DNA of 64,000 nucleotides from Actinomycetota bacterium (GCA_005788205.1 SXYT01000076.1:3760-67759), one strand, 5' to 3'; shown: positions 18,279-29,300, counted from the stretch's first letter. Notes: generated from the sequence alone by a model not told the origin. Numbers and translations: made by a program.

Positions 18279-21200
18279 GTGCCCTACCCCCAGGTTGACC
18301 CGCAACCGAGCTTCCCGGCGATGGAAGCGCAGGTCCTTGCCCGGTGGGCGGCCGACGGCACGTTCGAGAGGTCGGTGGCGGCGCGCGGCGCGGGCGAGGG
18401 CGGGGCCAATGAGTTCGTCTTCTACGACGGCCCGCCCTTCGCTAACGGCCTGCCGCACTACGGGCACATCCTGACCGGCTTCGTGAAGGACGCCGTGCCC
18501 CGCTACCAGACGATGAAGGGCCGCCGGGTCGAGCGCCGTTTCGGCTGGGACTGCCACGGCCTGCCGGCCGAGGTGGAGGCAGAGAAGGAGCTCGGCGTCT
18601 CCGGGCACCCCGGCATCACCGCGTTCGGCATCGACAAATTCAACGACGCGTGCCGCACGAGCGTGCTGCGCTACACGGACGAGTGGCGCCGGTACGTGAC
18701 CAGGCAGGCACGCTGGGTCGACTTCGACAACGACTACAAGACGCTCGACGCGCCGTACATGGAGAGCGTGATGTGGGCGTTCAAGACGCTCCACGACAAG
18801 GGCCTGGTGTACGAGGGTTTCCGGGTGCTGGCGTACTGCTGGCGCTGCGAGACGCCGCTCTCGAACACCGAGACGCGCATGGACGACGTCTACCGCGACC
18901 GCCAGGACCCCGCACTCACGGTGTGGTTCGAGCTCGAGTCGGGCGAGCGGATCCTCGCGTGGACGACGACACCGTGGACGCTCCCGTCGAACCTCGCGCT
19001 CGCCGTCGGGCCCGATGTCGACTATGCCGTGGTGCGCCACACGGACGGCCACACCTACGTGCTCGCCGAGGCGCAGCTGGGTTCCTACGAGAAGGAGCTT
19101 GACGGTGCGGAGAGGGTCGGGACCCTGAAGGGTTCCGAGCTGGCCGGACGTTCGTACCGGCCGATGTTCCACTTCTTCGCCGGCACGGAGAACGCCTTCC
19201 GCATCCTCGCGGCGGACTTCGTGACCACCGAGGACGGCACCGGGGTGGTGCACATGGCCCCCGGGTTCGGCGAGGACGACCAGATCGCGTGCAACGCGGC
19301 AGGCATACCGACCGTCTGCCCCATGGACGAGCACGGCAGGTACACCCCCGAGGTCGAGCCGTGGGCAGGACGCCACGTGTTCGAGGCGAACCCCGAGATC
19401 ATCCGCTCGCTGAAGGAGAGGGGCATCGTGGTGCGCCACGACTCCTACAACCACAGCTACCCGCACTGCTGGCGCTGTGCCGAGCCGCTCGTCTACCGCG
19501 CGGTCTCGTCCTGGTTCGTCAGGGTGACCGCATTCCGTGACCGGATGGTGGAGCTGAACGAGCAGATCACGTGGGCGCCGGAGCACATCAAGGAGGGCAG
19601 CTTCGGGAAGTGGATCTCGAATGCCCGCGACTGGGCGATCAGCCGCAACCGGTTCTGGGGCTCCCCGATCCCGGTGTGGAAGAGCGACGACCCGGCCCAC
19701 CCGCGCATCGACGTGTACGGCAGCTACGAGGAGATCGCCCGTGATTTCGGTGTCGATGTCGTCGACCTGCACAGGCCGTTCGTGGATGACCTCGTGCGCC
19801 CGAACCCCGACGACCCCACGGGGAAGTCGATGATGCGCCGCGTGCCCGAGGTGCTCGACTGCTGGTTCGAGAGCGGCTCGATGCCGTTCGCGCAGGTGCA
19901 CTACCCGTTCGAGAACCGCGAGTGGTTCGAGAACCACTACCCGGGCGATTTCATCGTCGAGTACATCAACCAGACCCGCGGCTGGTTCTACACGATGCAC
20001 GTCCTCGCCACGGCCCTCTTCGACCGGCCCGCCTTCTCGTCGTGCGTCAGCCACGGCATCGTCCTCGGCGACGACGGCGCGAAGATGTCGAAGAGCCTCC
20101 GCAACTATCCCGACCCGATGAAGATGTTCGACATCCACGGTGCCGATGCGATGCGCTGGTACCTGATGTCCTCGCCGATCCTGCGCGGCGGCGACTTCTC
20201 CGTGACAGAGACGGGCATCCGTGACACCGTGCGCCAGGTGCTGCTGCCCGTGTGGAACTCCTGGTACTTCCTCTCCCTCTATGCGAATGCCGCCGGCACG
20301 ACGGGACGCGTGCGCACGGACCAGGCGAACGTGCTCGACCGCTACGTGCTCGCCAAGTTGCGGGCCGTGGTGGAGTCGGCAGGCGCCAGCTACGACACCT
20401 ACGACCTCTTCGGGGCCTGCCAGTCCCTGCGCTCCTTCCTCGACGTGCTCACGAACTGGTACATCCGGCGCAGCCGTGACCGGTTCTGGGCGGGCGATCA
20501 GGACGCCGTCGACACCCTGCACACGGTTCTCGACGTCCTTTCCAAGGTGGCCGCGCCGTTGCTCCCGCTGCTTGCCGATGAGGTCCACCGTGGCCTCCAC
20601 GGAGACGCCGCCGACAGCGTGCATCTCGCGGACTGGCCCGACATGTCCTCGTTTCCGGTGGACGCGGCGCTTGTGACGGCAATGGACCTGGTGCGGGATG
20701 CATGTTCGTCGGCACTCTCCGTCCGCAAGGCCCATGCGCGCCGCGTGCGCCTGCCGTTGCTGACGCTCACGGTCGCCTCGCCCGGTGCCGGAGGACTGGA
20801 ACCGTTCCTGGACATCCTGCGTGACGAGGTGAACGTTCGTGAGGTCGTTCTCACGGGCGACGTCGCCTCGGTCGCCTCCCATGAACTGCAGGTGGTCCCG
20901 GCGGTGCTCGGTCCCCGTCTCGGTGGCCGGACCCAGCAGGTCATCAAGGCAGTCAAGGCCGGCGAGTGGCGCCGCGACGGTGACACGATCCAGGTTGCGG
21001 GCGAGGTGCTCCAGCCCGGTGAATACACCCTGCGCATGGTCACAGCGCCGGACACCGCGAGCGCCACACTTCCCGGGGGTGCTGGTGTCGTCGTTCTCGA
21101 CGTCAACGTGACTCCCGAACTCGAGGCCGAGGGCGTGGCCCGTGACCTCATCCGCGCCGTCCAGCAGGCCCGTCGGGATGCCGGGCTCCATGTCTCGGAC

Positions 21201-21395
21201 AGGATCAGGCTGACCCTCGGTGCAGACATGGGTGTGCGTGCCCAGGTTGAACCCCATCAGTCCCTTGTTGCCGCAGAGACGCTTGCTCTCGATGTCATCT
21301 GGGATGACGCAGCCCCTCGCGACACCGAACTGGAGGGAGCCTCGGTGCACGTGTCCGTCACGAGGATGACGCCCGCCGAGCCACCCCGCCAATAA
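18279..21395 (+). CDS. ileS: Isoleucine-tRNA ligase, type 2
   Basis: [65 protein letters not shown]-terminal domain and no C-terminal zinc finger. Confidence 0.97.
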   Translation: MPYPQVDPQPSFPAMEAQVLARWAADGTFERSVAARGAGEGGANEFVFYDGPPFANGLPHYGHILTGFVKDAVPRYQTMKGRRVERRFGWDCHGLPAEVEAEKELGVSGHPGITAFGIDKFNDACRTSVLRYTDEWRRYVTRQARWVDFDNDYKTLDAPYMESVMWAFKTLHDKGLVYEGFRVLAYCWRCETPLSNTETRMDDVYRDRQDPALTVWFELESGERILAWTTTPWTLPSNLALAVGPDVDYAVVRHTDGHTYVLAEAQLGSYEKELDGAERVGTLKGSELAGRSYRPMFHFFAGTENAFRILAADFVTTEDGTGVVHMAPGFGEDDQIACNAAGIPTVCPMDEHGRYTPEVEPWAGRHVFEANPEIIRSLKERGIVVRHDSYNHSYPHCWRCAEPLVYRAVSSWFVRVTAFRDRMVELNEQITWAPEHIKEGSFGKWISNARDWAISRNRFWGSPIPVWKSDDPAHPRIDVYGSYEEIARDFGVDVVDLHRPFVDDLVRPNPDDPTGKSMMRRVPEVLDCWFESGSMPFAQVHYPFENREWFENHYPGDFIVEYINQTRGWFYTMHVLATALFDRPAFSSCVSHGIVLGDDGAKMSKSLRNYPDPMKMFDIHGADAMRWYLMSSPILRGGDFSVTETGIRDTVRQVLLPVWNSWYFLSLYANAAGTTGRVRTDQANVLDRYVLAKLRAVVESAGASYDTYDLFGACQSLRSFLDVLTNWYIRRSRDRFWAGDQDAVDTLHTVLDVLSKVAAPLLPLLADEVHRGLHGDAADSVHLADWPDMSSFPVDAALVTAMDLVRDACSSALSVRKAHARRVRLPLLTLTVASPGAGGLEPFLDILRDEVNVREVVLTGDVASVASHELQVVPAVLGPRLGGRTQQVIKAVKAGEWRRDGDTIQVAGEVLQPGEYTLRMVTAPDTASATLPGGAGVVVLDVNVTPELEAEGVARDLIRAVQQARRDAGLHVSDRIRLTLGADMGVRAQVEPHQSLVAAETLALDVIWDDAAPRDTELEGASVHVSVTRMTPAEPPRQ

Positions 21396-21428
21396 TCTGA
21401 CCGAATCGTTCCGCAAGAAAGTACGTCC

Positions 21429-22535
21429 ATGACAGCAAAAAAGAAGACACCGGCCAAGAAGGCCCCCGCAAAGAAGAAGCCTGCAGCCAAAAGAAAGCCT
21501 GCGGCGAAGAAGCCCGCGCTGAAGAAGCCTGCTGCGAAGAAGAAGCCTGCTGCGAAGAAGAAGCCCGCGCCGAAGAAGCCTGCGCCGAAGAAGAAGCCTG
21601 CTGCGAAAAAGGCCCCCGCAAAGAAGAAGCCTGCCGCGAAGAAGAAGCCAGTCGGCAAGCAACTGTCGCCAGCCCAGAAAGCAGCCGCCAAGAAGGCCGC
21701 CCAGCGCGCCGCTGCCGCCGCCAAGAAGGAAAATGAGCGTGCTCGTCTCAGCGCGAAGAAGGCAGCAGACCTGAAAAAGAAAGAAGAGGCGGCAAAAAAG
21801 GCGGCGAAGAAGAAGGCCGAGGCAGAGCGCAAGGCCGTCCAACGAGCGCGACAGCAGGAAAAGGCCGATCGGGAACGGGAGAAAAAGAGGGTCGCCAAGG
21901 AGAACCAGAAGCAGCGCGAGCGGCTGGCCAAGGAAAAGGCCGCCCTGAAGAAGGCCCAGGATGCCGAGCGGGCCCGCGCCAAGGCCGAGAAGGACGCCGC
22001 CGCCGCGAAGGCCAAGGCCGAGAAGGACGCCGCCGCCGCGAAGGCCAAGGCCGAGAAGCAGGCGGCCGCAGAGGCTGCTGCGAGGGCGAAGGCAAAACTC
22101 CCGCCACCGAAGCCGCCGATCGTGAAGGGCCCCTCACGGGATGGCGTCACCTCCACCCGGGAGTTCAACCTGGAGTTTCTCTTCGCCCAGCGCGAGCTGC
22201 TCCTCGCCAAGCGCGCCCAGTTGAGCGGCCAGGCCACGCGTCTCGAGAACGAGGCCAATGCGCTGATTGAGGATGCCGAGATGGGTGACGTTCAGTTCGA
22301 CGAGGAGGGCGGAGAGGGTGACACTCTCGTCGTGGAGCGCGAACAGGACCTCGTCCTGTCGGCGTCGGCCCGCTATTCGATCGAGGAGATTGACGTCGCG
22401 CTCGAGCGGATGAAGACAGGCGAGTATGGCTACTCGGTCATCTCGGGCCTGCCCATCCCGAAGGAGCGCCTGAGGGCGATGCCTGAGGCCACCCAGCTCG
22501 TCACGGAACTCGCAGGCGGGTTCGGCCGCCGGTAG
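21429..22535 (+). CDS. Histone-H1-like Lys/Ala/Pro-rich protein fused to a cysteine-free DksA/TraR-like C-terminal domain
   Basis: About 75 aa of PAKK/PAAKKK repeats, charged coiled coil, then EIDVALERMKTGEYGYSVISGLPIPKERLRAMPEATQLV, matching the dksA/traR pattern without Cys; lies between ileS and lspA. Confidence 0.8.
   Translation: MTAKKKTPAKKAPAKKKPAAKRKPAAKKPALKKPAAKKKPAAKKKPAPKKPAPKKKPAAKKAPAKKKPAAKKKPVGKQLSPAQKAAAKKAAQRAAAAAKKENERARLSAKKAADLKKKEEAAKKAAKKKAEAERKAVQRARQQEKADREREKKRVAKENQKQRERLAKEKAALKKAQDAERARAKAEKDAAAAKAKAEKDAAAAKAKAEKQAAAEAAARAKAKLPPPKPPIVKGPSRDGVTSTREFNLEFLFAQRELLLAKRAQLSGQATRLENEANALIEDAEMGDVQFDEEGGEGDTLVVEREQDLVLSASARYSIEEIDVALERMKTGEYGYSVISGLPIPKERLRAMPEATQLVTELAGGFGRR
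21978..22058 (+). repeat. 33-bp tandem repeat, about 2.5 copies (AKAEKDAAAAK)
   Basis: GCCAAGGCCGAGAAGGACGCCGCCGCCGCGAAG at 21978-22010 and 22011-22043, partial at 22044-22058. Confidence 0.9.
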
Positions 22536-22546
22536 GCGGGCAGCAC

Positions 22547-23053
22547 ATGGTGGGGGCGAGGCGGTGTCTGCTGCCGGCAGGCGTCGCCGTCGTGGCGCTT
22601 GACCAGGCCACGAAGACCTGGGCCGTCAACGCCCTTGACGACGGCAGGACCATCCACGTCATCTGGACACTGCAGTTCGAACTCGGTTTCAACAGTGGCA
22701 TGGCATTCTCCCGGGCCACGGGGCTCGGGCCGCTCATCGGCATCGTCGCGACACTTGCGATCGTGTTCATCATCGCCTCGTTGCGCAAGGCGGACAGCCT
22801 GGTGTCGGCGCTCGGGTTGGTGCTCGTGGCGGCTGGTGCAGCGGGCAATGTGGTCGACCGTTTGTTCCGCGGTGATGCCTGGTTGCGTGGTTCTGTCGTC
22901 GATTTCATCGACCTCCAGTGGTGGCCCGTCTTCAACGTCGCGGACTCGGCAATCACTGTCGGTGGCGTCCTCGTGATCCTCGGCGCCCTGCGCGACCGTG
23001 ACGACGACGTGCCGACCGGGGCTGTGCAGCACACCGGTGGTGACGCCGCATGA
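22547..23053 (+). CDS. lspA: Lipoprotein signal peptidase II
   Basis: DQATK, NSGMAFS, GNVVDRL, VVDFI, PVFNVADSAI. Confidence 0.95.
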   Translation: MVGARRCLLPAGVAVVALDQATKTWAVNALDDGRTIHVIWTLQFELGFNSGMAFSRATGLGPLIGIVATLAIVFIIASLRKADSLVSALGLVLVAAGAAGNVVDRLFRGDAWLRGSVVDFIDLQWWPVFNVADSAITVGGVLVILGALRDRDDDVPTGAVQHTGGDAA

Positions 23054-23982
23054 TCGTCGAGGAGTTGATCCCTGCAGCCCTCGACGGCGAGCGTCTCGAC
23101 CGGATTGTCGCACTGATTGCCGACATCTCCCGTTCCGAGGCGAGACAGTTGATCGAGGCCGGCGGAGCGAGCGTGGACGGTGCACCCTCGCCGAGCGGCA
23201 AGGTTCGGCTCACGGAGGGCCAGACAGTCAGTGTCGATCTCTCCCGCATCCCCGAGGAGCAGTTCCCGCGCGCGGACGGATCGATCGAAGTCCCCGTGGT
23301 GCACGAGGACGCGGACGTGATCGTCGTCAACAAGCAGGTCGGTCTCGTCGTGCACCCGGCGGCAGGGCACGGCACGGGCACGCTCGTCAACGGGCTCCTC
23401 GCCCGATACCCCGAGATCTCGACCGTCGGCCAGCCACTTCGTCCCGGCATCGTCCATCGCCTCGACGCCGGCACGAGCGGTCTGATGGTCGTCGCCCGCA
23501 CGCAGGTCGCATACGATTCGCTCGTTGCTGCGATGTCGGACCACTCCGTCAGCCGCGAGTACCTGGCTCTCACGTGGGGCCACTTCGACTCGATCTCCGG
23601 AGTCATTGATGCAAACATCGGGCGTGACCCCCGTGACCCGATGAAGATGACCGTGGTTCGGGACGGGAAGTGGGCGCGAACCCACTTCGAGGTGGTCGAT
23701 GTGTTCGTCGGCCCCGCTGACCTTTCGCTCGTGCGGTGCAGGCTGGAGACCGGGCGGACCCACCAGATCAGGGTCCATCTCGCTGCCGTCGGCCATGCCG
23801 TGGTGGGTGACGCGACATACGGCGGGGCGCGGTCCTCCCTCCGCGCGTCGCGCCCCCTCCTGCATGCAGCCCGACTTGGTTTCGTGCACCCGGTCAGTGG
23901 GGCAGAGATGGAGTTCGAGGCACCGGTACCCGCGGACATGGCGACGATCGTGTCGTCATGCGAGCGCACGGCGGGGGACTGA
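23050..23982 (+). CDS. rluD: RluA/RluD family pseudouridine synthase
   Basis: S4 domain (GERLDR), NKQVGLVVHP, GIVHRLDAGTSG, LETGRTHQIRVH. Confidence 0.93.
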   Translation: MIVEELIPAALDGERLDRIVALIADISRSEARQLIEAGGASVDGAPSPSGKVRLTEGQTVSVDLSRIPEEQFPRADGSIEVPVVHEDADVIVVNKQVGLVVHPAAGHGTGTLVNGLLARYPEISTVGQPLRPGIVHRLDAGTSGLMVVARTQVAYDSLVAAMSDHSVSREYLALTWGHFDSISGVIDANIGRDPRDPMKMTVVRDGKWARTHFEVVDVFVGPADLSLVRCRLETGRTHQIRVHLAAVGHAVVGDATYGGARSSLRASRPLLHAARLGFVHPVSGAEMEFEAPVPADMATIVSSCERTAGD

Positions 23983-23985
23983 GGG

Positions 23986-24447
23986 TCAGTGTCCGTGGTG
24001 GTGGAAGGTCGCGCTCGGCCACTCGCCCGCGCCGGTCGCAGCTCTCGCGATCGCCTCGAGGGTGTAGGTGTCGAGGTGTTCGCGCATGTGCTGGCCGGCG
24101 ATGTCCCAGATGGCGAGGAGGACACACTGTCCCTCGTGGTCACACGCTCCGTCCTGGTGGGGCTGGCCGAAGTCACCCACGGTGATGGGTCCGTCCACGG
24201 CCGAGATGATGTCCGACAACTTGATGTCCGCCGGATTTTTCGCGAGCACATAACCGCCGCCCACGCCGCGCTTCGATCGCACCAGGCCGGCTCCCTTCAG
24301 CGCAAGGAGGATCTGCTCCAGGTACGGCTGGGGCAGGCCGGTCCGCTCTGCGATGTCGCGCACGGAAGTGGGTGCGCCGGATCCCGCATGAAGCGAGAGC
24401 GACAGAAGTGCCCGACACGCATAATCACCCCTGGTGGACACTCGCAC
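23986..24447 (-). CDS. Rrf2 family transcriptional regulator
   Basis: STRGDYACRAL, PYLEQILLALKGAGLVRSKRGVGGGYVLA, CDHEGQC; GTG start at 24447 preceded by TACGAT. Confidence 0.92.
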   Translation of the reverse strand: MRVSTRGDYACRALLSLSLHAGSGAPTSVRDIAERTGLPQPYLEQILLALKGAGLVRSKRGVGGGYVLAKNPADIKLSDIISAVDGPITVGDFGQPHQDGACDHEGQCVLLAIWDIAGQHMREHLDTYTLEAIARAATGAGEWPSATFHHHGH

Positions 24448-24476
24448 GGACTCATCGTAGGTGCTGGACTGTGACC

Positions 24477-25583
24477 ATGAGTCAACCAACTCCCGTGCTG
24501 CCCCGGTACGGGGCAGGCTCACTGGCCGACATCATCCCCGTGCTGTGCAGCCCGGAGGGTGCCGTGGAACGTCCCGATTGGATGCCTCCTGTGCTCGCCT
24601 CCGCCGAGCGGGTCGTGCTCCTCGTCATCGACGGGCTCGGCTGGAACCAGCTCCGGGAGCGCATTGACACGGCCCCCACGCTCGCAGCAATGGCGGGAGG
24701 CCCCATCACCTCTGTCGCCCCGTCCACCACCGCCACCGCTCTCACATCAATCACCACGGGCCTCACTCCCGGTGAGCACGGTCTGATCGGCTACCGGATG
24801 GACATGGGCGGCACGGTGATGAACACGCTGCGTTGGGCCGATGAGACCGGTGACCTGCGCAGGCGGTTCCCGCCCGGCCAGGTCCAGGCGTGCCCGCCGT
24901 TTCTCGGGCTCTCCGTGCCCGTGCTCAGCAAGGCCGAACTGGAGGGGACGGGTTTCACCGAGGCGCACCTGGCCGGTGTGAAGCCGATGGGTTGGCGCGC
25001 ATCGAGCAGTATCGCGGTCACGGTGAGACGTGCGCTCGATGCGGGGGAGCCGTTCGTCTATGCGTACTACGACGGTGTCGACAAGATCGCCCACGAACGC
25101 GGCTTCGGCGAGTACTACGACGCAGAGCTGGCATCTGCCGACCGTCTCGTGCTGTCGGTGGCCGAGAGGCTCCCCCCGGGCACCGCACTCGTGGTCACTG
25201 CCGACCACGGCCAGGTTCACGTGGGCCAGAACACCATCGTTCTTGCCCCTGAGGTCATGGCGCGGGTGCACCACCAGTCGGGCGAGGGCCGGTTCCGTTG
25301 GCTCCACGCCCAGCGTGGCAGGGAGGATGACCTTCTCGCCGAGTGCGCGAGGTATGCAGACATCGCCTGGGTGGTGAACCGCGAGCAGGTGATCGAGGAG
25401 AACTGGTTCGGGCCAAGGGTCTCGACCGAGTCCCGCCGCAGGATGGGCGACGTGGCGCTCGTGCCGCACGCCCCGGTGAGCTTCGAGGACCCTGCTGACG
25501 GCGGGGCATTCGAGTTGGTCTGCCGTCACGGCTCGTTGACGGCTGACGAAATGCTCGTGCCGTTCGTCGCGTTGATCGCCTGA
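24477..25583 (+). CDS. Alkaline phosphatase superfamily nucleotide pyrophosphatase/phosphodiesterase
   Basis: VIDGLG, PSTTATALTS, DKIAHERG, TADHG, RHGSLTADEM. Confidence 0.9.
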   Translation: MSQPTPVLPRYGAGSLADIIPVLCSPEGAVERPDWMPPVLASAERVVLLVIDGLGWNQLRERIDTAPTLAAMAGGPITSVAPSTTATALTSITTGLTPGEHGLIGYRMDMGGTVMNTLRWADETGDLRRRFPPGQVQACPPFLGLSVPVLSKAELEGTGFTEAHLAGVKPMGWRASSSIAVTVRRALDAGEPFVYAYYDGVDKIAHERGFGEYYDAELASADRLVLSVAERLPPGTALVVTADHGQVHVGQNTIVLAPEVMARVHHQSGEGRFRWLHAQRGREDDLLAECARYADIAWVVNREQVIEENWFGPRVSTESRRRMGDVALVPHAPVSFEDPADGGAFELVCRHGSLTADEMLVPFVALIA

Positions 25584-25680
25584 CCGGGCATTCCGGTCCC
25601 TGTGGCACAGCCCCGGCAGGCGGGCAGTGGCTGGCAACGGCGAAGTGGCACGGGTCCATACCGATGGCAGACTCTGTGGC

Positions 25681-26178
25681 GTGGCAGACAGCGACCCATC
25701 CCAGACACCGCCCGTGAGCGCCGAAATCATCGACGGCCGGCCGTTCCCGTCCGCCCCGGCGGAACAGGACAGCCCCACGGAGAGCGTCACGGAGCCGGCG
25801 AAGGTGATGCGCATCGGTTCGATGGTTCGCCAGCTGCTCGAGGAGGTGCGCTCGACGCAGATGGATGAAGCGAGCCGCGAGCGTCTTGCCGAGATCTACG
25901 AGCGCTCGATCGTCGAGATTTCGGAGGCCCTCTCCCCGGACCTCGCGGATGAACTCCACTCGCTCGCCCTCCCGTTCAAGGATGGAGAGGTCCCCTCGGA
26001 CAGCGAGTTGAGGGTGGCAAAGGCCCAGTTGGTCGGTTGGCTCGAGGGACTGTTCCACGGAATCCAGGCGACCCTCTTCGCCCAACAACTGGCCGCCCGT
26101 CAGCAGATCGAGCAGATGCGCCAGATACCGAGCCAGCCGGGCCAGGGTCAGGGCCCCACGGGCGGCACCTACCTCTAG
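25681..26178 (+). CDS. bpa: Bacterial proteasome activator Bpa/PafE (DUF2587)
   Basis: EPAKVMRIGSMVRQLLEEVR, ELRVAKAQLVGWLEGLFHGIQ, C-terminal HbYX-type GTYL; start uncertain. Confidence 0.92.
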   Translation: MADSDPSQTPPVSAEIIDGRPFPSAPAEQDSPTESVTEPAKVMRIGSMVRQLLEEVRSTQMDEASRERLAEIYERSIVEISEALSPDLADELHSLALPFKDGEVPSDSELRVAKAQLVGWLEGLFHGIQATLFAQQLAARQQIEQMRQIPSQPGQGQGPTGGTYL

Positions 26179-26329
26179 CCCCGGGGACGAGAGACCGTCC
26201 CCTGCATCCACCGTCGGGTGGCTCACCCGACTGCTAATTTCGAGAATCCCATCGGTGTGAGTTGCCCGTCAACCACCGCGGGGACAGCAGGTTCGGTGGG
26301 TGTCCACCCGGGAGAAGGAGGGGTGCACA

Positions 26330-29300
26330 GTGGGTTCGTCGTTCACTCACCTCCACGTGCACACCGAGTATTCCATGCTCGACGGGGCGGCGCGCCTGGA
26401 CGAACTGGTGGCGAAGGCGGTCTCGGACGGCCAGCCCGCGCTCGGGATCACCGACCACGGGAACATGTACGGGATCATCGACTTCTACAAGGAGTGCCGC
26501 AAGCAGGGGATCAAGCCGATCCTCGGCACGGAGGCCTACATGGCCCACGACCACCGCACCGAACGCATTGCGCGCCGCGGACGCCTCGACGACAACGGTG
26601 GTTCCGACGAGGGCGGCCGAAAGCAGTACTACCACCTCACCCTGCTGGCGGCGGACAACACCGGCTACAAGAATCTCATCAAGCTCTCCAGCCTCGCGTT
26701 CCTGGAGGGGTACCACTACAAGCCGCGGATGGACTGGGAGCTCCTCGAGCGCCACGCCTCGGGGCTCATCGCCACCACGGGCTGTCTCGGTGGTCACGTC
26801 CTGCAGTCCCTGCTGAACGGTGACGAGAAAGGGGCCGTGCAGAAGGCCGCGCGCCTGCAGGAGATCTTCGGCAAGGAGAACCTCTTCGTCGAGCTACAGG
26901 ACCACGGCCTGGCCAACCAGCGCTCCACCAACCCGAAACTGGTCGAGATCGCGCGCAGGATCGGCGCGCCCTTGCTCGCCACCAATGACTCCCATTACGT
27001 CAACCAGGCCGACCACGAGGCGCACGACGCGCTGCTGTGCGTGCAGACCGGGGCGTTCATGCGTGACTCGGACCGGTTCAAGTTCGAGGGCACGGAGCAC
27101 TACCTGAAGACGGCGCAGGAGATGCGCCACATCTGGCGCGAGATCCCCGAGGCGTGCGACAACACGCTCCTCATCGCCGAACGGGCGAATGTCGATATCG
27201 AGCTCGGTACATACCGGCTGCCGGTGTTCCCCCTGCCCGAGGGCTTCTCCTCGGACACCGCCTATCTCGAGCACCTCACGTGGGAGGGGGCGAGGAAGCG
27301 GTGGGGTGACAACCTCCCGCCCGAGGTGGCGGAACGTGTCGCGTTCGAGCTCGGCGTCATCAGCCAGATGGGTTTCTCGTCGTACTTCCTCATCGTCTGG
27401 GACCTCATCAAGTACGCAAAGGACTCCGGTATCCGCGTCGGCCCGGGCCGCGGCTCGGCGGCGGGAAGCGCCGTCGCGTACTGCCTGCGCATCACCGAAC
27501 TCGACCCCCTGCGCTACGACCTGCTGTTCGAGCGGTTCCTCAACCCCTCGCGCATCAGCATGCCCGACATCGACCTGGACTTCGACTCGCGCTACCGCGA
27601 CGAGATGATCCGCTACGCCGCGGAGAAGTACGGCCGTGACCGCGTGGCCCAGATCATCACTTTCGCCACCATCAAGTCCCGAAACGCCGTCCGTGACGCC
27701 GCACGCGTTCTCGGCTTCGAGTACGGCGTGGGAGACCGGATCGCCAAGCTGATGCCGCCGCTCAGCCAGGGCCGCGACACCCCGCTCCAGTACTGCTTCG
27801 AGAAGCACCCTGAGCACATGGATGGCTACAACGCAGCCCAGGAACTTCGCGTCATGGTCGAGACCGATGAGGTGGCGGCGAAAGTGGTCGAGGTCGCCCG
27901 CGGGCTGGAGGGCCTGAAGCGCAGTGACGGGATCCATGCGGCGGCGGTGGTCATCACGCCGGAGCCGCTGATGGAGTACCTGCCGATCCAGCGCAAGCCC
28001 TCCGGCGACATGAAGGCGGAGGACGCTCCCATCGTCACCCAGTACGAAATGCACGGCGTGGAGGACCTCGGTCTGTTGAAGATTGACTTCCTCGGCCTGC
28101 GCAACCTCGATGTCATCACCGACACAGTCGAGATGGTCCGCCGCCGCCGTGACCCGTCGTTCGACATCGACTGCGTGCCGCTCGACGACGCCGCCACGTT
28201 CGATCTGCTCAGCCGCGGGGACACGATCGGGGTCTTCCAGCTGGAATCGCCGCCCATGCGGAACCTCCTGCGCTCCATGAAGCCCACCAGTTTCGAGGAC
28301 GTGAGCGCGGTTCTGGCGCTGTACCGCCCCGGCCCGATGAGTGCAAACATGCACTACGACTACGCGGACTACAAGAACAACCGCAAGACGCCCGAGTATT
28401 TCCACCCGGAAGCCAAGGAACTGCTCCACGACACGTACGGCCTGATGGTGTACCAGGAGAGCATGATGCGCGTTGCTCAGAAGTTCGCCGGGTACTCCCT
28501 GGCCCAGGCCGACAACCTCCGCAAGGCGTGCGGCAAGAAGGACCCGAAGGTCATGGCGGCCGAGGAGGAGGGCTTCGTCGACGGCTGCGAGTCCACGGGT
28601 TACGGACGCGACCTCGGTGCGCAGTTGTTCGCCGTGATCCGCAAGTTCGCCGACTATGCGTTCAACAAGAGCCACACATTCGGCTACGGCCTGATCAGCT
28701 ACCAGACCGCGTACCTGAAGGCCCATTACCCGGTCGAGTACGTGGCGTGCCTCCTCACGTCGGTGAAGGGGAACTATGACAAGGCGGCCGTGCATCTCGC
28801 CGATGCACGCAACCTCGGCATCACGGTGGTCAACCCGGACATCAACCACAGCGAGTCCGATTTCGTCGCTGTCACGGACAATGCAGAGCGCAAGATCGTC
28901 TTCGGTCTCTCGGCGGTGAGGAACGTGGGCGAGGGGCTCGTCGACCTCGTGATCGCCGAGCGCAGTGCCAACGGGCCTTTCGCCTCCTTCCACGACTTCG
29001 CGGCCCGCGTGCCTGACCAGGCTCTCAACAAACGCGCCGTGGAGTCGCTGGTCAAGTCGGGCGCTTTCGATTCGGTCGGGCACCCACGGCGCGGTCTGCT
29101 CATGGTCCACGAGGCGATCATCGATGCCGCGATCGTGGCGAAGCGCGAGCACGAGCGCGGCGTGATGTCGCTGTTCGGCGAGCTCGAGGCAGATGGTGAC
29201 TCCGGGTGGACCGACCACATCGCGGTCCCTGCCGAGCAGTTCGAAAAGATCGACCAGCTGCGCCACGAGAAAGAGATGCTCGGCCTGTACGTCTCTGACC

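Noticed and set aside
21440..21660. Repeated AAGAAGCCTGC units as a CRISPR array
   Set aside because: In-frame low-complexity coding repeats (PAAKKK) with no unique spacers and no cas genes
17889..21842. 1317-aa antisense ORF, and similar long ones (26894-29524, 36669-38507, 51715-53646, 62116-63915)
   Set aside because: Shadow ORFs opposite well-supported genes; expected from high-GC codon bias; no recognisable motifs
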